A program made the position numbers and the translations under genes. A DNA stretch of 64,000 bases from Penicillus capitatus (taxonomy: Eukaryota; Plantae; Chlorophyta): contig OZ287696.1 in the NCBI GenBank assembly GCA_965649825.1, positions 1,209,981 through 1,273,980 of the forward strand. The letters are read 5' to 3'. The notes under the pieces are model-generated. The model saw only the letters and a program-made list of their open reading frames with translations, was not told the origin of the DNA and did no database searches. Below are positions 38,820 through 49,463 of this stretch, piece by piece. Position 1 is the stretch's first letter. The number at the start of each line of letters is the position of its first letter.

Positions 38820-40445
38820 ATGACATTATTCCGTACAATGCGGTTGGCCAAGTCCTGTGCCGTCAGCGCTGTTCGAGGGCTCGATCGGTTGTCCGTGCGC
38901 AAAAGCACGCCTTGGTATGTGGCCCGACAAACATCATCGTCCACGCGGGTGGCCGGTCTACAATCGCTGAGAGGTGGAGAGCGTCTTGTCCTCAGGGTCA
39001 GTCGACTGGTACTGTGGTGCAGAGAGGATGCTCGTGGCGGGAGCATCAGGGGTTTTGAAGGAGACAGATGGCGCTGGACCTCTCGAGGATGAAGCCGGTC
39101 TACCGGACGAGGATGTGACAACGTCACAAACGGCAGCTTGGTTTCAGAAGAAAAGGAACTCTGTTTACGATAAAAGTGTGACCTTGTCCATGAGTGAGAC
39201 GGATGTGTAAGAGCGGGTCACGGAGATTAGATTTCGTGCTGCTTGGAAAATCGAAGGAAGAAATGGATGTCTTGATGCAGCACTGTGGGGAGTCTCTTTA
39301 TCGCTCCCAGCAGATCATGGGTTTCCTGGTGCGTGGAGCCAAGAAAATCGACGACATGAATTACGTAAGAAATAGAGGACATGAGACGATGGTCAAAGAT
39401 GAACGAGGTGTGGTATACAGATCTCGAAATCCCTCAGAACAAGACTGAAGGAAATGGATCTGAGAACTGGGAGATCTCATTTGCATTCCGTATCGCCTTG
39501 CAATGATGGAACGGTGAAGTTCTTGCTGCAGCTGGCAGACGGCCGAGTTGTCGAAGCCGTCGCCATTCCAGCCAGCAAAGCCGAAACCCCACGGCTCACT
39601 GCCTGCATCTCGTCACAGGCAAGCAGGTAGAGGTCTTCCACAATCGCAAACCTGTGTCTGGTTAGGTCGGATGCGCCATGCGGTGCACGTTTTGTGCGAC
39701 GGGACAAGGAGGATTTAGCAGAAACTTGGAGGCACATGAAATCATCGATCAGGTTCTGACCATTCAGGAACACCTGAAACAGGAGGTCACCAATGTCGGT
39801 AATGTCCGAAGGAAAACCGAATTCTGTTGACGTTTCTGTGTTGCAGTGTTCATGGGTATGGGAGAACCGTTGCTGAATCTCAACAAAGTGCTCGACGCCT
39901 ACTACTGGATCAATGCACATATGAACATCGGAGGTCGATCTTTCACAATATCAACAGTCGGCGTTCCGAAAGCGATTCGGCACTTGGCAGAACGTCAGCT
40001 TCAGTTGACGTTAGCCGTTAGTTTGCATGCACCCAATCAGGGACTGCGCGAGCAGTTGGTGCCGAGCGCTAAGAGATATCCCCTGCCGGAGCTCTTCAGA
40101 GACTGCCGGTGGTATTTCAACAAAACGGGACGTCGCATCACGTTTGAATACACGTTGCTGAGAGGCATCAACGATTCAGCGGTCCAAGCGAGGGAGTTGG
40201 TCAGAGTGCTGCGACGAGAAAAGTGTAATAGTCACGTCAATCTCATGCTCTGGAATCGTGTCGAAGGAATGGAATACGAACGACCTGCCTGGCGAACGGC
40301 AGTAAAGTTCAAAGAAATGCTGGAGCAGCATAAAATCTCGACCACCATTCGGAAGAGCAGAGGACTCGAGAAGTCAGCTGCCTGCGGCCAACTGAGCAAT
40401 CAATTTCAGAAGCGTCCGCTGAAAGAGATCGTACCGCTTGGTTGA
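38820..40445 (+). CDS. rlmN: Organellar dual-specificity RNA methyltransferase RlmN (radical SAM)
   Basis: ACISSQ|[13 protein letters not shown] (CxxxCxxC), [31 protein letters not shown] and AACGQL; transit-like N-terminus. Confidence 0.95.
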
Positions 40446-40544
40446 CTTTGATCGCGCTGTCAAAGGAACAGTCCATTTGACAATTACGCCGTTGTTTGTT
40501 TGGTGGTTTCTTGACTGCGTCGATTCATCGGGACGTCGTGCGCC

Positions 40545-43329
40545 ATGGAGATCGAATCGATCGACGACGAAGAGGTCTCGAAGATCGCGTTCACGGCTGA
40601 ATGCTCATCAGAGGTGACTGCTCGTCTTCCGGATCGGTGTCGCAGCTGGGCGGTGACGCGATCGGCTATTCGACAGGACGCAGAGCATCCCGTGTGTGAG
40701 CTGCTCCACCAGACTAAAGAGACGCGCGGATGGCAGTCCGCAAAGTCGACAAGCGCGTCGCTGATGTCTCTGCGATGGAACGTTGGTTGCAGGAACTGTG
40801 CGTATCCGCAAGAGCTCCTCCTGCGCTTCGACCGTTGCGTCCGAATCAGACAGATCCAGCTGCTCTGTCACGAATTCAAAGTCCGGGTCTGCAAGTGTCG
40901 CCGCAGTTGGTGATATGCGGTCGCAGATTTCGTCGAGAATCGAGCTGAGCGTGGGGACGGTTGTTCCGCAGGACGAAGAGGACGTCCTCGAGTGGACGAA
41001 GCTCGGAAGTCTGTCGTTCGACGCCAACGAGAGAAGCCGATTTCTGGCCCGGGAGCTCAAGAGCGTGCACGTGACCGCCGAGGGAGATGCGTTGAGGCTT
41101 CGGCTCTTCGACTGCCACGCAAACAGACTCAACACGGACCGCCAAGTCTGTCGATGCATCCGGTGGATGATGGCGGACGGCGCTCGCCTTGCAGATCGGC
41201 GTCGTCGCTTTGAACGTTCTGGGGATGTACGTCGAACACGCGTCGTCGACTGAAGAAACGGAAGGCGGTCGACGACGTGGAGGCGGCGCTGAAGAAGACG
41301 CGGTGGCGTCGGCGGACCCGGCTGTCGGACAAGACCTGGACTCGGCAACGCTCGCCGAAGTTCAAAGGCTGCAAAGGTGCGACAGAACGAGGGAGACCGC
41401 ACTCCACGCGTACGCTCGATCTCTCGCCAGGCTCAAGGAGGTCGCCGTCGCCAACGAAGACTACGACGAAGCCAAGAGGCTCAAGCATCGACTCGATCGC
41501 ATCCGTTCCGTCGGGACTCGATTGGCCGCGCTCGAGAGGCAGAAGCGGCGAGCCGTGGAGGCCGAAGACTACGACCTGGCGAAGCAGCTCAAGGAAGAGA
41601 TCCGGCGCATCCGGGAAGGGTCGTCGATGGACGGCGCCTCCTCGGTGGACGCGTCCGACGAGGGAGCGATCCAGGCCCGGACCGACGTCGACGTCCCGCA
41701 CTCAGGTAGCTCCCGGAAAGGATGTGAAGGGGCGAGACGATGTCCTTCATCGCAGCGGAGCGCGTCCGGGGACGGGAGGCTTCAGTCGAGTCCACGGCTG
41801 CTTGGGCGGCGAACCGCGTGCCCGACTCCCTCGCCGGCTTTCGAAGCCAGCACGACGATTACGATGAGCGCGCCGTCAAGGGAAGAGGCGGAACAGGCGA
41901 CGTCGAAATCGATTCGCCTCCTGCTTACTCTCTCCCCGAGTCTCCGGCCTCCGCCGCGCCAGACGCTCCGGAAGGATTCCCTTCAGGTCTCCCGTCGCCG
42001 GAGCCTCTGGCGGATGCGCATGCCAAATCCGCCCAGCCGCTCGAGCAGTTCGCCGGAGAGTTCGTCGCCCGATGCTTCTACTCCAGAAACTGGCACCTAC
42101 GAGAGGCGTCACTGGTCTATCTGCAGGGCCACGCGGAGGAGCTGGCGCAGCCGGGTCAGGAGAGGGAGGGGTTCCGTCTGCTCTGCCAGGTCGCGGTGCG
42201 CGGACTCGGTGACAAGGTCGCCAACGTCTTCCTCGCCTCCGCCTCGTTCATCCGCACCATCGCGACAGGTAACCCGACGCTCTCCAGGGATCTGCAGTTC
42301 GCGACGGCCGAGTTTCTGCCGATCCTCGTCGGGAAGCTCGGCGACACGAACCCTCGGATTCGAGACGCGGCGCACGAGTCGATCCTGATGCTGGCGCGAC
42401 TCAAGGACGGCGCCGTCAAGAACCACACAGGACTCTTCATCAGTCCCGTCAAGAAGCAGAGCGCCTGGCGTCCCGTCCTCGGCAGACTGGAGCTGGTCTC
42501 GGACCTGGTCGAGGTCATCGGCGTCGGCAAGGGAGGCTCTGCCGGTTTCGACGTCGACCAGTTGATGTCGTTCGTCGCTCGGGCGTACACGTCGCCGAAC
42601 GCGAGCGTACGGACCGCGGCCATCGGCCTGACCGCCAGGCTCGCGACCGTCGTCGGGCCCGTCGTCAAGAAATACGTTCCGGGCGACGTGAATCCCAAGG
42701 TGCGGCAGCAAGTCGATCAGGAGATCGACTTCGCGCTCGGAGAGACGAGTCGGCAGGCGTCTCCGGCCCGACCCTCAAGACGGAGTCCAGGGAGCGACGC
42801 GAGGACGCCCACCACCACCGGTAAGCAGACGCGGGCGTCTTCCGTCGACGCCCTCTGTCGCTCATCAGGCAGCCAGCTGTCGCCGAGCTCCTCCGCGGCG
42901 CAGCTCGAAGAGGATCCGGCCGTTCTCGAGTCTGCGCTGCGGAAACAGGAGCAGCTGCTGGGCGACGACCATCCAGATCTGGCCGAGGTGCTCACGAATC
43001 TGGCAACGGCGTACACGCAGCGGGAGGAGTTCGACAAGGCCCATCCTCTGCTGAAACGCGTGCTCGACATCAACGAAGCGCACTTTGGATGCGATCACTC
43101 GAACGTGGCGCACGCTCTGACGGACCTCGCTGTCTTTCACATGGAACAGGTGCAGAGAGTCGGTCGGCGGAAGGCAAAACGAAAGACGCCTTTTGTTGCC
43201 GGACAGGGCCAAGACGACGAGGGACGTCCGCTTCTGGAGCGAGCGCTGCTCATCCAAGAGAAGAATCTCGGCGCAGACCATCCTGACGTCGTCGCCATCA
43301 GAGATGTCCTTGCCGCGGACGACGAATAG
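40545..43329 (+). CDS. CEP104: CEP104/FAP256-like ciliary tip protein (jelly-roll, UVR coils, TOG) with C-terminal TPR repeats
   Basis: GWQSAK|NCAYPQELLL, QIQLLCHEFK|ISSRIEL, ARELKSVHV, AVANEDYDEAK, TOG segment SRNWHLREA..KLGDTNPRIRD, then HPDLAEVLTNLA/HSNVAHALTDLA TPRs. Confidence 0.9.
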
Positions 43330-44223
43330 GCAGACACAGGAATAGCTGGACCCGGTGGCGCCACTCTGTTGCACCTCAAACGCCGTGGCCGTCCGTTCGC
43401 GCGAAGTCGAGTACGGTGAACGAGAAGTCATCGGATGTTTAAGCTCGTCGCTGTATACAATCTCCGGGTCATCAGCGTTGTTTGAGCGAGATGTGTTTTG
43501 CGATCGCAAACGCAAGGCCGTTCGATCGAACGTCTTTCGACACACGCCGATCTCCTCGTTCGTTCGTGTCCCTCGGTGGATACGAACGAATTCACCGACA
43601 ACGTCTGAGGACGAACCCGGATCAGGTGCATCAGTATTGAAAATCAAGCTTTGGCAGTTTTGTTAGACAGATATCTTTCGCCGATGCATTGATCTAATCG
43701 TCAGTATCTTTGATTGGACGGGCACGTGTCTTTCCGCTCCGATGATAAAGACCGTCATCCTCTAACATACAAGGTTTAGCAGGAATGTTCTAACCACCAG
43801 CAATCGAATGTCCTAGACAGTATATCCTACCGCCAAAGAGTACTGCGAGATGATACGGGCAAGCACGGATCTCTCTTTTTCGTCCTTGAGCTGTGTGTGT
43901 TCAGGAGTATCCATCTGTGACGAAGGCCTCTCTCCCACACTGGGTTGGTGCCGAACCTGCATACTCGTTCATGAATTTTCTGTAGTCTTGGATGTTCTTT
44001 CTTCAGTGTTAAATGACACTCGGCAAGAGATGCCATTGGGGTGGCAGTAGTATACAATCGAGCTTCTTTGTGGTAGGTACTCTGAGTCCTGCATGTTTAA
44101 ACCGAGTCGATCGGACACACCTCTAGCAACCTGGACTGGGATGCATAAGGGACGTCTTATACTGAATTTTCGACGCGTTCGTTATCGCGAGCCACATCGT
44201 CTACTGTGTCTGTGCAGTCGTAA

Positions 44224-44338
44224 CAAATGAGATGGCCTAAACAGCTTAACAGGTGTCTGTACAATTGCCACAAGTGAGATGGCCTAAACAGCTTAACAGG
44301 TGTCTGTACATTTGCCTCAAATGAGATGGCCTAAACAG
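44224..44338 (+). repeat. 47-bp tandem repeat (~2.4 copies), element copy A
   Basis: gatggcctaaacag recurs at 44231, 44278 and 44325 (period 47). The same unit occurs at 63.3 kb. Confidence 0.95.
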
Positions 44339-44559
44339 AAAATCCCTCTTTTTATTAAACAGAACGGACAGAATGTGATCGATTCAGTAGTACGTCATCA
44401 AGGTTGTAAAATCTAGTTTGCACAAGTCCAGCATTCTTAAATGCTCGAAAGATAAAAACTGGGATAGAGATATGCAGAAAGGCCAAATGGCTATTCGTCT
44501 AGAGGTAATTGAGAATGTCCCACAACAACTGAAATGTACGCGATCGGCATTAAAAAAGC

Positions 44560-46140
44560 TGTCTGCTGCTGTCAAATCAGGGATTGTATGCTGCTGCTGT
44601 CAAATCAGGGATTGTATGCTGCTGGAGGCTGATAATAGGCTGTCTGCTGCTTGCTTCATCATAGGCTGCCGGATGTCAAATCATAAGTTGCCTGATGCTG
44701 GAGGCTTGCTTCATTGTCGGTTGTCGTCTTCATCGAACACCGTCGGATTTCAGATCACGTAGGATGTCTGCTGCTGGAGGCCTGACCGTAGGCTTTTCGT
44801 CTTCATCATGGACAGTCGGATGTCGGATCGAATTTGTTGTCCGCTGCTGGAGGCTGCTGCTGCTGGCTTTATCATAAGGTATTGGACGCTTAATCGGAGA
44901 TCCTGATCTTCATCATAGCTCTCGGATCTTAGATCGGATGGGCAGTTGTCTTCATAGCAGGCTCTCGAATCTCCGATCACATGGGCAGTTGTCTTCATCG
45001 CATGCAGTTGTCTTCATCATAGCTCTCGGATGTCCGATCGGATGGGCAGTTGTCTTCATCATACGCTGTCGATTATCCGATCAAAGGCTGCTGGAGGCTT
45101 GATCGTCGTTTCTCGTCGTCATCGTAGGCTTTTAGATGTCGGGTCATAGACTGCCGGAGGCTTGATCACACACCATCGGATTCCAGATCTAGGCTGTCGC
45201 CTTCATCACACGCCGTCGAATGTCAGATCAGAGGCTGCTGTTGAGGCTTCATCATCGGTTGTTCATCATCATCGTCTGTCGGATTCCAGATCATATCGGT
45301 TGTCTGCTGCTGGCGGTCAGATCATAAGGCTGTCGGAGGCTTCATCGTAGGTTCTCGCCTTCATTGTTCGCCGTGGGATGTCAGATCGTAGATTATCTGC
45401 TGCCGTCGGATCATAGGTTGTCTGCTGATTGCTTCATCGTAGCTCCCGGATGTCAAATCAAATTCCGTCTGCCGCTTGATGTCAGATGATAGGCTGCTGG
45501 AGGCTTGCTTCATCACACGCCGTCGAATGTCAAATCATATTCTGTCTGCTTCTGAAGGATTGCTTCATCATAGGCTGTCAGATATCGGATCATGTAAGTT
45601 GTCTGCTGCCGGAGGCTGTCAGATTATAGGCCGTCGGAGGCTTCATCATAGGTCTGTCGGACTCCAGATCATAAATTATCTTCTGCTTGAGGCTTGATCG
45701 CAGGTCGTCGTCTTCATCATAGATTGTTGCAGGCTTCATCATGGGTTGTCGTTCTCATCAATGGGCTGTAGGATTCCATATCATAGCATGTCTGCTGCTG
45801 GAGGAGGCTTGATCGCAGGTTTTCGTCTTCATCGTAGGCTGTCGGGTTTCAGATCATAAATTATATGCTACTGGAGGCTTCATCGTGGGTTGTTCGTCAT
45901 CATCATCTGTCGGATTCCAGATCATGTAGGTTGTCTGCTGGAGGCTTCCTTGTAGGCTGTCGGATTCCAGATCAGAGGCTGTCGTCTTCATCGTACGCCG
46001 TCTACTGTCGAATTTTGGATCATTGGATGTTTGCTGCCAGAGACTTCATCGTGGGTTATCATCGTCATCATGGGCTGTTAGATTCCAGATCATAAGCTGT
46101 CTGCCTGGAGGCTTCATCGTACGTTTTCGGACGTCGGCTT
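44560..46140 (+). repeat. Degenerate satellite (core gctgctggaggcttcatcat / gtcggattccagatcat), element copy A
   Basis: Many degenerate copies of the core, no long ORF, and an exact 28-bp duplication starting at ~44571 and ~44599. Confidence 0.9.
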
Positions 46141-46727
46141 CGTCACGTGTCGTCTCTTGTTAGCACAGCTGGTCGAGAGAGACCTTATTTGGCCAGCATA
46201 ATGACATTGCTTCCGCGGCAGATTTCTCTAGGTCTCTCGGAGCTTCGCAGAATTCACTGGCTGATGAACTAGCACTCTGACCTTGGACGACATCTCTTCT
46301 TGACGAGCAACACTTGTTCCAATAGACCAACTGTTAACGAAAGTGAAACGTTTGCATCGGCTGGGTTTGATTGTACTCAGCAGAGATCAATCGGTGAACT
46401 GATCTCTACAGGCGATGCAGTGATGCTGATTGAGACAGTAATCTGCACTGAGGGCCTTCTGTCTGAATCAAAGCTCGATGACCAGCCATTGCCTCTCAAA
46501 CGGTAATCGATCGGTCTTCTACGACAAGACTTCACGCATCAATTCTCCACAGTGTCCTCCACAAAGATCCGAATCTTCTGGCCTGTCTGGAACATCTCGT
46601 TCGGCTTTTGTTTTTCGCATTCTAAGGTTCCATACCTTTGACATTATATATCTGCAGAACACCAGCGGCTTCGCATTCACGGAAGACGACTCGGGTAGGC
46701 ACGTCGTTCCAGGCTTGGATAGTTATG

Positions 46728-46942
46728 CCATGTGCAGGACTGCGCCGATCTGCATCAAGGCAGATCGACGGCAGTCTCATGCACATGGCAGTAGCTATGG
46801 CCTCTTGAGCCGCCTCCATGTGCAGGACTGCGCCGATCTGCATCGAGGCAGATCGACGGCAGACTCATGCACATGGAGTAGCTACGCACAAGGTCTGCGT
46901 CGATCTGCATCGAGGCAGATCGACGGCAGACTCATGTACATG
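46728..46942. repeat. Three tandem ~61-nt imperfect palindromes (hairpin array)
   Basis: Units at 46728-46788, 46816-46876 and ~46893-46942, of the form ccatgtgca..cgatctgc-atcgag-gcagatcg..tgcacatgg. Confidence 0.9.
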
Positions 46943-49463
46943 CCCCTTGTCGACCATGGGCTGATGTCTGCGTGCTTCCTACGCGTCTTCTCTTCGACTG
47001 ACCACGAGTTGGGTGGAACCGAGAAGGCAGTTGACAATGTTATTCCCCAGGTAATGGAGTTGGTCAGAACTCCCGGCTTTGTCGCTTCGGTCCTTGGAGA
47101 ATACTGGCTTTGATTCCAGCCTTCTGTTCGCCAAAGAAAATTTATCGTTGACCGACTTCTTGATGGGGATCTTCTTTCATCCATATCTGCTAGGATGGGC
47201 CTCCACCAGATAGTGTTTCTTTCTCCCTCTGTGAACTGCACAATCGTTTAGGAGAGAGTGCGTAAAGGGTGGGCTGACCTGGCGATTGCAATCACGGAGT
47301 GTTGGCTGTTAATCTCTAGGACAGCCTTACATCTGACTGCCTGCAGCCGCTCCAGATCCGTCCTGCGTCGCAGCTGGACTCGCTCTCCACTCCGGAGACC
47401 GCATCCTCCGTCCTGCGCACAGAGTGAGGAGAGGGATCCCTGGCAGAAAGGTTGGGCACCTTATAGCAAACCTTTTCGGCCGCTTGTGTTTCGGCTTCCT
47501 GGCAGCTCGAGGCGCGGCAGAGCCGCGCCTTCTCCTCTTCTTCGTCTCCTTCGGCTCTCTGGCGGCCTTCAGCGATCTCTTGCGACATCGATCGCGGTTC
47601 AGTCGCACCACCTGCTGGTGGGCGACATTCATCTTGTTGGCGATGTCCCTGCACTTCTCCACGTCGAGCGGATCCATGTCGTCCATCCGCTCCTGGAGCG
47701 TCAGCCACTTGGACGTCGTCGTCGTATTGGGGCTGAACCAGTTTCCAACGACAGCTCCATCCCTATTGCTGTCGACTCCGCCCCTTCCAGGTAGCAGCAG
47801 TCGCGGTCATCATCATCGTCGCCCGAGAGAGGCAACAACGTATCTTCCTCGTCGCTGCCCATGTCGCCGGAGACAGCTTGGTACCTGCATGGCTAACACT
47901 GGATTCTCTCAGAAGCTCCATCCTTAGCTACCTCTGTCGATTCAGACGTCAACCGTCCCATGCCACGCGTCTCCGAGCCCCCCGGCAGTCCAGAGAACAG
48001 CCGCACCGGACTCCATTGTCGAGTCCACCACACCCATGACCCGCGTTCTGGACAGTTCCGAGTCGATCCTTCCGGTCGCGGAGGGCAAGTTTTCGTCGAC
48101 TGGCGACCTGCAGGACGCAAATGAACGTTGGGTAATGTGAAGGAATTTCCCACGAGGGCAGGAGGAGAGATTCGACTCACTATCGAAGGCGCACGCGGAC
48201 TGAGTGCCGAATGGCTGGAGTCGGCTTCCGATCTCTATCCAGCAGATCCTTCTTGGAGGGTGAGTGCGTCGAAAGGCAGCGGCTTGGACAGCGGTAGACG
48301 AAAATCGTCAAAAGAGCGGCGACCGGGAAGCGTTTCTGCTGGAAAAGATAAACGCAGCGAGAAACGTCCAAAACTCGAAGAAACGAAAGAAGCAATACAA
48401 TTCAGAAACGCCCAGGGTTTTGACCGCAAATGACAGTCGCAACCGTGTGAGGCAGTTAGTGATGGCGACGTAATCACCAACGACGAAGCCGCCGAGCAAT
48501 AAGCAAGCGCTAGACTCGACTGAAACGCTTCCAGCATCCAAATCTCCTGCTGTGGAACGGACTGTGCCGTTATCCAGTCACATGTCGAGGAATGTTATTT
48601 CTCGAGGATCATGCAGAAGTGGCGGTTATGACTGGCACATGAGAGGCTGCATGTAAAACCGAACCGGATACCCATTTCTGGCGTTTAGCAAATCATGTTC
48701 TAGAAATCACCTGTGGACGTATACCTATTGCATCTCAGTACTAGTTTGAAACACACTGTCGTACAAGTATTAAAGAAATGTAACCATTTGTGCTTTTTAC
48801 ATTCGAGTGGTTGAAGGGCGAGGTGAGAGCCTCTCAAGGATATCTTCCCATCAGAATCGCGCGATCCGTGACTTGACAGCATTCCTTGTTGATTTCTCAT
48901 TTGAGCACTCTTCTGATGACGCGATAATGGCAAACATAGATTGATTTAGGATGGTATGAATTGGTTATTGGTTTGATGGTGATCACCTGGTGTGCATGTC
49001 GAAATATTGACGCGTAGCTCTCTGAAACGATCTGGCGAATTCTCTACCTACTTGGGCGCCGACCTAACTTCCAAAATCCGTAAAACGGTCTCGTTTAACG
49101 ATTCTTGCTTTTCGCGGGCGGGAGATTTCCAATGGATCTTCTCTTGACAGTACGTCGTCATACACGAGAGACGGCGATCAAGCGAGTCGAGATTTCGCCT
49201 TGACAGTTGCCTGTCTTTCGCGAGAAAAGACGGCTGCACAAAAGAGGCGTCGTCTAATTGGTGACCGTGGTTCAAGGAATGCAGAGCAAGAAACCACTGC
49301 GCAGCTCGCAAAGGAGGTTCTTCGTACGATCGGGCGCGTAGAAGACGATCGCTGTAAACTCATTCCGAGAACAGTTTCGTCGAGCAACAAGCGTCCCCTC
49401 TGTTCATCTGACGAAAGCTCCGCCAAAGAAACGCGTCAGCGTGAGCAACAGACAAATGCTATT

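Noticed and set aside
44224-44338. 47-bp repeats as a CRISPR array
   Set aside because: Head-to-tail copies with no unique spacers, eukaryotic context and no cas genes.
44384-44575. LRR-like ORF (FEHLRMLDLCKLDF)
   Set aside because: Single short match spanning an insertion boundary in a repeat element, with no second repeat.
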